Source: an uncultured Lachnospiraceae bacterium (GTDB lineage Bacteria; Bacillota; Clostridia; Oscillospirales; CAG-272). From it: a stretch of DNA of 64,000 nt. The notes below the pieces were generated by a model. The model ran no database searches and was not told the DNA's origin. It saw nothing but the letters and a program-made list of their open reading frames with translations. Below are positions 19,629 to 27,691 of the stretch, piece after piece. The stretch spans positions 80,065-144,064 of the forward strand of contig CAZORL010000001.1 of assembly GCA_964582375.1 (NCBI GenBank), read 5' to 3'. Made by a program: the position numbers and the translations under genes. How positions within the stretch are numbered: the first letter of the stretch is position 1; every line of letters starts with the position of its first letter.

Positions 19629-20407
19629 TAGATCTGCTCCTTTCGGGATCCTTCGAAATACGTTCCGACTCTTTTGCCCTCAAATATGTCGTAGAGGATC
19701 TCGGGTCGCTCTCCGTTTGCGATAATCATCGGAATGCCAACCTCTGTCGTTATCTGTGCGGCGTGAAGCTTTGTTGCCATTCCGCCAGTGCCGAGCTTCC
19801 CTCCCGAGCCGCCCGCAAGCGCGATGATCTCGGGTGTGATCTCGGTGACCCGATCTATGATCTTCGCCTCTTTGTCAAAATGCGGATCGGCAGTGTAGAG
19901 TCCGTCAATATCCGATAAAAGTATGAGCAGATCGGCAGATAGTGAGCGTGCAACGATCGCCGCTAAACTGTCATTGTCTCCGACCGATATTTCGTCGGTG
20001 GCAACCGTGTCGTTTTCGTTGATTATCGGCAGTACCGAAAGCTCAAGAAGCCTGAATACCGTGTTGTGAAAATTTTGTCTGCGCTCGTCTGAGGCAAGAT
20101 CCGCACCCGTGATGAGTATTTGCGCCGTTGTGTGATTGTAGCTTGCAAATACCCTCTCGTAGCTGTCCATAAGCTCGCATTGACCGACAGCGGCGGCAGC
20201 CTGCTTTGTCGGAATGTCGGTCGGACGCTCGGCAAATTTCAGCTTGCCCATGCCCATGGCGATCGCTCCCGACGATACGAGGACGATCTCCTGCCCCGAA
20301 TTTTTCAGATCGCTGATGACCTTGCAAAGGCTCTCGAATCTGCGTATGTTTATGTTGCCGGAGGGATGTGCCAGTGTTGACGTCCCTACCTTTATAACCG
20401 TTCTCAT
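19628..20407 (-). CDS. proB: Glutamate 5-kinase ProB (short form without PUA domain)
   Basis: Start MRTVIKVGTSTL, with VSSGAIAMG and GTGGMATKL motifs. 259 aa. Confidence 0.9.
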   Translation of the reverse strand: MRTVIKVGTSTLAHPSGNINIRRFESLCKVISDLKNSGQEIVLVSSGAIAMGMGKLKFAERPTDIPTKQAAAAVGQCELMDSYERVFASYNHTTAQILITGADLASDERRQNFHNTVFRLLELSVLPIINENDTVATDEISVGDNDSLAAIVARSLSADLLILLSDIDGLYTADPHFDKEAKIIDRVTEITPEIIALAGGSGGKLGTGGMATKLHAAQITTEVGIPMIIANGERPEILYDIFEGKRVGTYFEGSRKEQI

Positions 20408-20426
20408 TTGTCTTCCTTTCTCGCAC

Positions 20427-23400
20427 TCAGGATGCGTACCTCGAGTAAATGTAGTCCTCGATCATTCGCTTCTCGAGCGCATCGCCCGATGCGTAAGCGA
20501 TATCGGCAGCCTCGTGAAGATTTGCGACGATGCCGCCGCCGACTGCCCCCTCACCTGTCGCAGTAAAATAATATGTGTGCTCAAATCCGTTTGCGTCTTT
20601 GTATGTGATGTACGGTCGTGCGACAAAATCGGTGTCATAATACTTGCTCTCGTATCCGTTTACAAGTGCTGTGTATACAATGTATGTGTCGTATTCGTAA
20701 ATGCTGTTTGTCGCAGGGACGATCAGTGCTTTCTTACTGCTCAGATAGGCGGTAGTTGCGCTTCCTTTTTTAAGATTCCCCGAAAGTTCGGATCGCATGA
20801 TGACCACAGTTCCGTAGCCGATACCCTTCGATGTGCATGAAAGATCGTTTGGCAGGGAATTGTCGGAGTGAAGTTTGGCAATGTCCAAAAGCAGACTGCG
20901 ATTTACCCTCGTGTAAAAACGCATGCCGGTCGATTGCCCGTCGGCACGTATACCGACACCTGCCGATGAAAGACCCTCAAGTGTGCCGCTTCGGTCAAGG
21001 TTGTCGGATGGGTCGAGATTTATCTTGCCGATCTCGATCCAGCCTGCGTAGAGTGTCAGGTCGCCCGTGATCTTAACCTCTTTGCCGACCGCCTCCGATC
21101 TGTCAAGTGCCAGTGCGGCACGGTTGGTCTTGAACCATCCCGCAAAGATGTATCCGTCCTTTGAAAGCGTGTATTTGCTTATGTCAATGTATGTGTTAAC
21201 ATCGACCGCCTGCGGATCGTATATGTCCTTTCCGTCAGAGATAAATGTCATCGTGAATGAACGGAATTGGCATTCGATCTCGGCATCCAGTCCGCTCGGG
21301 ATCGCAGAATATACCCACTCGGAGAAGGTTCCGTCGCTCTTTTTGGTTCTGTATCTGATAGAATAGTCCTGCGGATCGATACCGTCGGGAAGAGCAGGCA
21401 GGGGATTACCCTCGGAGTCTACCGACCACTCCGTGTCGCTCGGCATCTCTATCGAGAGTATCGAAAAGCTTGCTGTCAGATCGTTCTCGGTCGTGACCGT
21501 GATGACAGTCCGTCCGACCCCGCCGATCATGACCTGCCCCGACTCGGACACCGTGGCAACGCTCTCGTCACTTGATGTCCAGACAAGCTTTCTTTGCGTT
21601 GCGTCCGACGGCAGTATCGTGACTGTCGGTTGTATGCTGTCTCCTTTGATCGATACCTTGTTCGAAATATCAAGCGATACCGATGTCGGGTAGATCATTT
21701 TCAGCTTGACCGTTATTTCAAACGTGTCCGAATATCCGCTCGCAGATACGCGAACGGTGTAGTCTCCTGCCTTTGACATGTTGTATCCGGTGCAAGTGTA
21801 ACCCTCAATAACGACCGATGTGCCGTCCGAGAAATATCCTGTTACCTCAAGTCCCGATGTGTCTAACGTGTCGCCGACGAAATAGTTCGTCTTTGAAGGA
21901 GGCGAGGTTATCTTGATCGATGTCATGCGTCCCGATATCGGAACGGCATAGTCAAGCCGCACCCACCCCTCTTTGTCGTTGTATGATGTCTTGCCCCAGT
22001 AAAAATTTCCGACCTTGAGTATCTCGGTCACGGTAAGCACCGTTCCGTTCGGAATGGTGCATATTATGGAGGATGACGTTGTCGGCAGTTCTCTCATGTT
22101 GAGAATGTCGGCAAGCGTCTGATATGTACCCGGGGTCAGATCGTCACCGCCCACAACTCCGCTCGATGTGTCAATGTCCTTCGGCATGTTGTAATAGAGC
22201 ATTGCACGCGAGCCGTAGCTTTTGTGGAAGGAATCCCAAGTCCAGGTGCGTGTGTAGATTATGCAGTTTTTGCCCGTCTGCGACATGTTGCATTCGTATG
22301 TGATAAAGCCTGTCGAGCTGACCTGCATTACAAAGAGCGAATGTCCGCTGCCGGTGCGAAGATGACCGCCCGGTCCGGCTGTTGTGAACATCTCCTTTAT
22401 CATGTTTGATGTCCACTTGCCCGCACTCAGTGTTCCGCCGAAAGCGTTGTAGAACTTTTTAGCCTCCGCATCGTGATAACCGTATGCACGCCATTGACAA
22501 AATCTTGCAAAACCATAGCACTGCGATGAAAGCAGATCGACCTTGCAGGTAGCCTTGACGCCTGTCGGATAATATCTCATGCAGTTGCATCGTGCAGGAG
22601 ATGCAACACATATTCCTTGGTTGTGACATGTGCATGATTTTCCGTTTTTGGTGAAGAACGAACCGACCGGATAGTCGGCAAACGGAAACGAAACGCCGTT
22701 GATGGTCGCCGCCGATGTCGTGTCCGCAAATTCTGGCATATAAAGTGCGTTTCCGTCAGACTCAAGATTTTCGTCGAACTCGATAAGCAGGGAAGAGTCG
22801 ATCGAGTAAAGATAGCTCACATATTGATCGTTCTTGCCCTCATAGTCGAATTCGCCGCCGTTTGGCTCGATTATGTAATCGGGGTTGTCCGCATAGAGGA
22901 TAAGCTCGTCGTCATTTGACATGCAAAGGGATGCAAAATTGTCAAGCACCGTCTCGCAGGTCGGATATTCTCCGCTCGATGTGTGCATTAGCCGATCGCC
23001 CGATTTGTACCATATGTCATCTCCGCAAAGTACAAGCGGACCGTCCGCCTGCGCCGAGGCAAAGAGCAACTCGGAGTTTTGACCGTTGGTGGCTACCTTG
23101 AATATCGATCCGTCACGCCCGACACAGACAAAGTCCTCTCCGTCATAGCAGATCGAGCTTGCAGATATTTGCGCGATAACATGAAAATCGCCGTCTTTCT
23201 CGTTCGACATGAGATTTCCGTAATCGTCAAGCATATAGGTAACCTCTCCGATGTCAAGTGCCTCTGCGGAGTTGTGTATGTCGCTCTCCGGATCACTCTC
23301 TTTTCCCTCTTTTGTCAGTATCGGCAGGGCGATCGCCACAGCGGAAAATAGAGTTATCGCGGCGATCATCACCGCTCCCGCACGCTTGATTTTTGTGCTT

Positions 23401-23435
23401 TTTTGTGTGTTTGATGATTTATTAAATAAACGCAT
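20427..23435 (-). CDS. Large secreted/anchored multidomain protein (Cys-rich papain-like module, SH3b, Ig-like/Big_2, Listeria-Bacteroides-type repeat)
   Basis: Start set at ATG 23435 (MRLFNKSS...) with an AGGAG 8 nt upstream, followed by a signal/anchor helix AVMIAAITLFSAVAIALPIL. SH3b-like segment (NMRELPTTSSSIICTIPNGTVLTV...GWVRLDY). Big_2-like segment (VSLD...VWTSSDESVATVSESGQV...ITVTT). YIFAGWF...LYAGW repeat. Confidence 0.6.
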   Translation of the reverse strand: MRLFNKSSNTQKSTKIKRAGAVMIAAITLFSAVAIALPILTKEGKESDPESDIHNSAEALDIGEVTYMLDDYGNLMSNEKDGDFHVIAQISASSICYDGEDFVCVGRDGSIFKVATNGQNSELLFASAQADGPLVLCGDDIWYKSGDRLMHTSSGEYPTCETVLDNFASLCMSNDDELILYADNPDYIIEPNGGEFDYEGKNDQYVSYLYSIDSSLLIEFDENLESDGNALYMPEFADTTSAATINGVSFPFADYPVGSFFTKNGKSCTCHNQGICVASPARCNCMRYYPTGVKATCKVDLLSSQCYGFARFCQWRAYGYHDAEAKKFYNAFGGTLSAGKWTSNMIKEMFTTAGPGGHLRTGSGHSLFVMQVSSTGFITYECNMSQTGKNCIIYTRTWTWDSFHKSYGSRAMLYYNMPKDIDTSSGVVGGDDLTPGTYQTLADILNMRELPTTSSSIICTIPNGTVLTVTEILKVGNFYWGKTSYNDKEGWVRLDYAVPISGRMTSIKITSPPSKTNYFVGDTLDTSGLEVTGYFSDGTSVVIEGYTCTGYNMSKAGDYTVRVSASGYSDTFEITVKLKMIYPTSVSLDISNKVSIKGDSIQPTVTILPSDATQRKLVWTSSDESVATVSESGQVMIGGVGRTVITVTTENDLTASFSILSIEMPSDTEWSVDSEGNPLPALPDGIDPQDYSIRYRTKKSDGTFSEWVYSAIPSGLDAEIECQFRSFTMTFISDGKDIYDPQAVDVNTYIDISKYTLSKDGYIFAGWFKTNRAALALDRSEAVGKEVKITGDLTLYAGWIEIGKINLDPSDNLDRSGTLEGLSSAGVGIRADGQSTGMRFYTRVNRSLLLDIAKLHSDNSLPNDLSCTSKGIGYGTVVIMRSELSGNLKKGSATTAYLSSKKALIVPATNSIYEYDTYIVYTALVNGYESKYYDTDFVARPYITYKDANGFEHTYYFTATGEGAVGGGIVANLHEAADIAYASGDALEKRMIEDYIYSRYAS

Positions 23436-23607
23436 TATGCGAGTCTCCTTGATTTTTTGCCGACTGCGAAAAATATAAATAAGGGTCAACATTTGCCGAC
23501 CCTTTAATTTTACCATATTTCCGTCTTCATTTCAAGCCCTTTTTTATAATTTCTGAACTTTTTTGCTCCGTTTTTTTTGAGATATTTTAGCAGTGCGGCA
23601 GATCTTT

Positions 23608-23805
23608 CTATTCGTCGCAGCGACCGAGCAGATAATCGACCGAAACATCAAAATAATCGGCAAGCTGTATGAGTGTCGCATAGTCCGCCTCACGCTCCCC
23701 GGTCTCGTATCTGCTTACCGTGTTTTGGTTCATATTGAGATCAAGCGCAAGTTTCAACTGCGATACGCCGCGCTTTTTCCTTAACTCTTTGAGCCTGAAA
23801 TTCAT
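23608..23805 (-). CDS. XRE-family helix-turn-helix transcriptional regulator (65 aa)
   Basis: MNFRLKELRKKRGVSQLKLALDLNMNQNTVSRYETGEREADYATLIQLADYFDVSVDYLLGR is a canonical Cro/CI HTH_3. Confidence 0.85.
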   Translation of the reverse strand: MNFRLKELRKKRGVSQLKLALDLNMNQNTVSRYETGEREADYATLIQLADYFDVSVDYLLGRCDE

Positions 23806-23865
23806 TACCCGCTCGCTCCTGTGGAAATTTTTTTAAAGCGTGATCCAAAAAGGGGGGGTGAGGAA

Positions 23866-23991
23866 GTGAGCAAGATCAAGGTGACAGTGTCAGAGAATTT
23901 TGATATAAAAGTTGCCGCAGAGTCGCTTGCGTACTCGTTTATCGTAAGAGGATATGACGTTAGGATCGTGCCGTATAAAGACGGCTTTTGA
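23866..23991 (+). CDS. Candidate 41-aa ORF divergent from the XRE gene
   Basis: Below the track cut-off. GTG at 23866 is preceded by the purine-rich GGGGGGTGAGGAA. It translates to VSKIKVTVSENFDIKVAAESLAYSFIVRGYDVRIVPYKDGF. No family recognised. Confidence 0.3.
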   Translation: MSKIKVTVSENFDIKVAAESLAYSFIVRGYDVRIVPYKDGF

Positions 23992-24047
23992 AAAACTGCA
24001 GCGGAATAAATTGCCTCCTTGGGCTTGGCGAGTCATCGATCGTTAAC

Positions 24048-24185
24048 ATGAGACACGAGACAGACGGAACGCTTATCGCGACATTCTCGGGCGGAGATTG
24101 GACAATTAAGATCATTGCCTGTACCCTCGGTTGGCTCTTGTGCCTGATTTCGGTCATATGCGGAGCGATCGGTATATGCAGATAA
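24048..24185 (+). CDS. Candidate 45-aa membrane peptide
   Basis: Internal ATG of track ORF 23988..24185: MRHETDGTLIATFSGGDWTIKIIACTLGWLLCLISVICGAIGICR, with one C-terminal TM helix. No clear RBS. A strong terminator follows it. Confidence 0.25.
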   Translation: MRHETDGTLIATFSGGDWTIKIIACTLGWLLCLISVICGAIGICR

Positions 24186-24249
24186 CTGCGACTGGCCAAA
24201 GAGATCAAGCACGTTCTTGAAACGGTGATCTCCGATTGATTTGAAAGCT

Positions 24250-24310
24250 TATATAAAAACATCTCCTCGAGCTGCGGTGTGACAGCGTCGAGGAGATGTT
24301 TTGTTGTTAT
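24250..24310. terminator. Bidirectional rho-independent terminator
   Basis: Long stem AACATCTCCTCGAGCTG / CAGCGTCGAGGAGATGTT (24258-24300), flanked by an A-run on the left and TTTTGTTGTT on the right. It sits between convergent units (small plus-strand ORFs and the minus-strand oadB/oadG-like genes). Confidence 0.8.
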
Positions 24311-24320
24311 GTGTAATAAG

Positions 24321-24455
24321 TTACCCGCGCGGCTTTGTCAGCTCGCGGAGCAGGATGACCGACAGGATGATTACTGCCGTTACAATAAAGACTCCGAGAA
24401 ATCCGTTGCCCATAACGGGAAGTGCTTTCATGAAATATTCTGTATTAAGATTCAT
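24321..24455 (-). CDS. 44-aa single-TM peptide, OadG-like (decarboxylase gamma-type) candidate
   Basis: Below the track cut-off. ATG at 24455 with AGGAGGATC 7 nt upstream, translating to MNLNTEYFMKALPVMGNGFLGVFIVTAVIILSVILLRELTKPRG. The GxGFLGVF...TM pattern resembles OadG-family anchors. It starts 17 nt after the beta-subunit gene's stop. Confidence 0.45.
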   Translation of the reverse strand: MNLNTEYFMKALPVMGNGFLGVFIVTAVIILSVILLRELTKPRG

Positions 24456-24472
24456 GTGTCAGATCCTCCTTA

Positions 24473-25588
24473 TTAAAGCATTTTCTCAACCATGGACAGA
24501 ACAAGTCCGCCCGCGATGACCGATGCGATCTGTCCGGATACGTTTACGCCGATCGAGTGCATGAGAAGGAAGTTCTGGTTGTCTTCCTTCTGACCCATCT
24601 TGTGAACGACACGCGCCGACATGGGAAATGCCGATATGCCCGCCGCACCGATCATGGGATTCATCTTTTTGTCCTTCGGCAGGAACAGATTGATTAATTT
24701 GGCAACCAAAACACCTCCCGCAGTATCGAAAATGAAGGCTATAAGTCCGAGTCCGATTATTATGAGCGTCTCTTTCGTAAGGAAAGCGTCTGCTTGCATC
24801 TTGGTCGAGATCGTCAGACCAAGGAAAAGCGTGATCAGATTTGCAAGTACCTTCTGTGCCGTTTCGGAAAGTGCATCAAGCACACCGCACTCGCGAATGA
24901 GGTTGCCGAACATCAAAAATCCGACCAAAGCCACGCTCTGCGGAGATACGAGTCCCGCAATGACCGTGATAATTATCGGGAACAGGATCTTTGTGAGCTT
25001 CGATACCGATTTCGGCTTGTAAGGCATTCTGATCAGCCGCTCCTTCTTTGTTGTGAGGAGCTTGATAACAGGCGGCTGTATGATCGGGACGAGTGCCATG
25101 TATGAGTATGCGGCGACCATGATCGCACCGACATATTTCGAGCCGAGCGTCTGTGCGACAAAGATCGATGTCGGTCCGTCTGCCGCGCCGATGATGCCGA
25201 TCGACGCTGCGTCTTTGATGTCAAAGCCGAGCAGGGAGGCAAGTCCGATCGTGAAGAATATGCCAAACTGCGCGGCGGCACCGAAGATCATGAGCTTCGG
25301 ATTGGTCAGCAATGGCTCAAAGTCGATCATTGCACCGATGCCGACAAAGAGGAGCAGCGGAAAAAGCTCGTTTGCTATGCCCGCATTGAACAGTACGTCG
25401 ATCGGTCCCTCGGGCCCGACAGCTCCCGAAAAGGGAAGATTTACAAGTATCGTGCCGAATCCGAGCGGAAGCAGGAGAGTCGGCTCCATGTCGAATTTTA
25501 TCGCAAGGAATATGAGTGCCGCACCGATCGCCCACATTACCGCTTGTTGCCATGTGACGTTTAATACATTTGAAAAAAGATCTGCCAT
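24473..25588 (-). CDS. Na+-translocating decarboxylase beta subunit (OadB/GcdB/MmdB family)
   Basis: 371 aa polytopic protein with IGIIGAADGPTSIF and NPMIGAAGISAFPMSARV motifs characteristic of the family. Confidence 0.85.
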   Translation of the reverse strand: MADLFSNVLNVTWQQAVMWAIGAALIFLAIKFDMEPTLLLPLGFGTILVNLPFSGAVGPEGPIDVLFNAGIANELFPLLLFVGIGAMIDFEPLLTNPKLMIFGAAAQFGIFFTIGLASLLGFDIKDAASIGIIGAADGPTSIFVAQTLGSKYVGAIMVAAYSYMALVPIIQPPVIKLLTTKKERLIRMPYKPKSVSKLTKILFPIIITVIAGLVSPQSVALVGFLMFGNLIRECGVLDALSETAQKVLANLITLFLGLTISTKMQADAFLTKETLIIIGLGLIAFIFDTAGGVLVAKLINLFLPKDKKMNPMIGAAGISAFPMSARVVHKMGQKEDNQNFLLMHSIGVNVSGQIASVIAGGLVLSMVEKML

Positions 25589-25612
25589 GATTTGATTTGC
25601 ACTTCCTTAGAT

Positions 25613-26233
25613 TTAGGTGTTCTTGATTATGACCTGCTCAATGACGTCCGCGGCATGCTCGCAAAGGTCACAACATTCTTCAAGCGCATCGTAGATCGCC
25701 TTTGTGCCGATCACCGCTCCGACATCTGTCTTTTTGGCAAACAGCTCGTGAATTGCGGCGGTGTAAAGATCGTCCGCATCGCTTTCGATATCGTTGATCT
25801 TTATCAGCTTTTCGCGGAGAAGATCGGGTTTTTTGAAGTTTTTCAGCTCTGATGCCGCATCAAGAAGAGCATGGACGCATTCGTTGACCTCGTGCGAGAG
25901 GCTGACCGCATGAGGGGGGATCTTATCCACACAGTACATGTAAATGTCGAGGACGACCTCGTCAAGCGCGTCGGTGATGTCATCTATGATCTGAATAAGC
26001 CGCAGAATGTCTTCCTGATCGATCGGGGTGATAAACTCGGTCGAGAGCTTGCTCATAATGTCGTGACGCACACCGTCTGCGTTGTGCTCGATGGCGTGTA
26101 TTTTCGTCCTGTACTCGTCAATGCGTGTCGCCTCAAAGCCTGCAAGAATGCCTTCGAGCAGATCGGACGCCTCAACGCAGTGAGATGCCTGTGTTTTTAT
26201 CAGTTCAAAATAGTTGTTGTTCTTCTTAGCCAT
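25613..26233 (-). CDS. DUF47 (PhoU-like) protein associated with PiT transporters
   Basis: 206 aa helical protein (YFELIKTQASH...HAIEHNADGVRHDI...ITPIDQEDI...DDITD). Adjacent to the PiT gene, the usual pairing. Confidence 0.8.
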   Translation of the reverse strand: MAKKNNNYFELIKTQASHCVEASDLLEGILAGFEATRIDEYRTKIHAIEHNADGVRHDIMSKLSTEFITPIDQEDILRLIQIIDDITDALDEVVLDIYMYCVDKIPPHAVSLSHEVNECVHALLDAASELKNFKKPDLLREKLIKINDIESDADDLYTAAIHELFAKKTDVGAVIGTKAIYDALEECCDLCEHAADVIEQVIIKNT

Positions 26234-26265
26234 TTTTTTGCTCCTTTTCGTTCAATAAGATTAAT

Positions 26266-27315
26266 TTACGCAAATATCATGAGGAACAGCTTTGCCATTC
26301 CAAAACCGAGAAGTCCGCACCCCGGGAAGGTGAATACCCATGTTAGGACGAGATCCTTGACAACGCTCCAGTTGACATTTGATATCCGTCGCGCCGCTCC
26401 GACACCCATGATCGCGGTGGTCTTCGTATGAGTGGTGCTTACGGGAATGCCGGTGAGCGAGGATAACAGCAGACAAAGCGTTGCCGAAAAGTCGGCTGCA
26501 AAGCCTTGATAGGGCTTTAGCTTGACCATGTCCATGCCGACCGATTTGATTATCCTGTATCCGCCGATCGATGTACCAAGTCCCATGACCAGCGAGCAAA
26601 GCACCATCAGCCATATCGGAACATCAAAGGCGGTTGCATTACCCTGACCGTTTGCCATAGCCGCGCCGAGCAAGAATATCGCCATGAATTTTTGACCGTC
26701 CTGCGCACCATGCATGAACGCCATGGCCGCACCGCCCGCAACCTGTGCGCCCGAAAAAAATTTCTCCGATTTCAGTCTGTTCTTGCTTTTGAATATCAGA
26801 ACAGTCAGCTTCGATGACAAAAATCCGAGAACGAATCCGAGAAGGGTCGAAAGCAGGATGCCGTATATGACCTTGATCCATTCACCGCCGTTGATGCCCG
26901 AGAAGCTGTTTTGGATAGCGACAGCCGCACCCGAGATTCCCGCGATCAGTGCGTGGCTCTCGCTGGTCGGTATGCCGAAATACCACGCGACCGTAGCCCA
27001 TATGACTATCGCCGCCATCGCCGCACAAAGAGCTATCAGCGCAAGATGCGAATCACCTCCGAAGTCTACCATATTGTATATGGTAAATGCAACCGAGGCA
27101 TTGATCGATGTCATGACGAGAACTCCGAGAAAATTGAAGATCGCCGCCATGATTATCGCAGGTCTGACGCCTATTGCTCTCGTCGAGACACATGTGGCAA
27201 TGGCGTTTGGTGCATCCGTCCATCCGTTGACAAGGATGACGCCGAGCGTGAGCAGGGTCGATACCGCAAGCATGGGATTTGAGAGTACACCGCTGAAAAA
27301 TTCGAAAAAGTCCAT
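26266..27315 (-). CDS. Inorganic phosphate transporter, PiT family
   Basis: Start set at ATG 27315 (MDFFEFFSGVL) with a GGAGG 6 nt upstream. NGWTDAPNAIAT and GIPVSTTHTKTTAIMGVG motifs (the duplicated PiT signature). Confidence 0.85.
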   Translation of the reverse strand: MDFFEFFSGVLSNPMLAVSTLLTLGVILVNGWTDAPNAIATCVSTRAIGVRPAIIMAAIFNFLGVLVMTSINASVAFTIYNMVDFGGDSHLALIALCAAMAAIVIWATVAWYFGIPTSESHALIAGISGAAVAIQNSFSGINGGEWIKVIYGILLSTLLGFVLGFLSSKLTVLIFKSKNRLKSEKFFSGAQVAGGAAMAFMHGAQDGQKFMAIFLLGAAMANGQGNATAFDVPIWLMVLCSLVMGLGTSIGGYRIIKSVGMDMVKLKPYQGFAADFSATLCLLLSSLTGIPVSTTHTKTTAIMGVGAARRISNVNWSVVKDLVLTWVFTFPGCGLLGFGMAKLFLMIFA

Positions 27316-27335
27316 GTTTTTCCTCCGTTTTTTTC

Positions 27336-27389
27336 TTAAAAAAAGACCTTTACCGAGGCGTCGATGTCGATGCTCCTCGATAAAAGTCT
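27336..27389 (-). promoter_or_regulatory. Terminator-like hairpin inside the 5' leader of the PiT operon (candidate attenuator)
   Basis: Minus strand: AGACTTTTATCGAGG-16 nt-CCTCGGTAAAGGTCT followed by TTTTTTT, ending about 20 nt before the RBS/ATG at 27315. It lies downstream of the promoter at 27512-27540. Confidence 0.55.
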
Positions 27390-27511
27390 TACCATTTAAG
27401 TCCAAAGCGGGCGATGCCGTATTGACGCCGTAGACACGGGAAAGTCCCGTCGGTTACTCCCTTTTACGAAAGTTTTTGTAAATATCCTATCGTTCGATAA
27501 AGATCGCACCT

Positions 27512-27540
27512 ATTATAACATATTATTTTCATTTTTGCAA
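27512..27540 (-). promoter_or_regulatory. Sigma-A-type promoter of the PiT operon
   Basis: The minus strand reads TTGCAA, a 17-nt spacer, then TATAAT (near consensus), about 200 nt upstream of the ATG. Confidence 0.65.
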
Positions 27541-27643
27541 TAGAAATCACGAAAAAAAGTGAATTTTTTTTGGAAAAAAATGAAACGTAAGGCTTGCTGT
27601 AATTACTGTAATAAAAATCCATACCTGTTACATATTACTTCTT

Positions 27644-27679
27644 ACCTCAAAATCGACCGAGACATACATCTCGGTCGAT
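27644..27679 (-). terminator. Rho-independent terminator after gpmI
   Basis: 10-bp stem ATCGACCGAG / CTCGGTCGAT (27652-27679) followed on the minus strand by TTTTGAGG. It starts 13 nt after the stop at 27692. Confidence 0.8.
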
Positions 27680-27691
27680 CAATAACGGGTA

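Noticed and set aside
23436-23516. N-terminal extensions offered by the ORF track (also 18358..18480 proC, 27316..27405 PiT, 61215..61277 gap, 12303..12350 ecfT, 57629..57649 Clp)
   Set aside because: In each case an internal ATG has a GGAGG-type RBS at proper spacing and begins with the family-typical N-terminus. The extension overlaps the upstream gene, a terminator or a leader.
23960-24262. 100-aa minus-strand ORF
   Set aside because: It starts inside the bidirectional terminator stem, has no RBS, and is antisense to the better-supported small plus-strand ORFs. Its composition is not protein-like.
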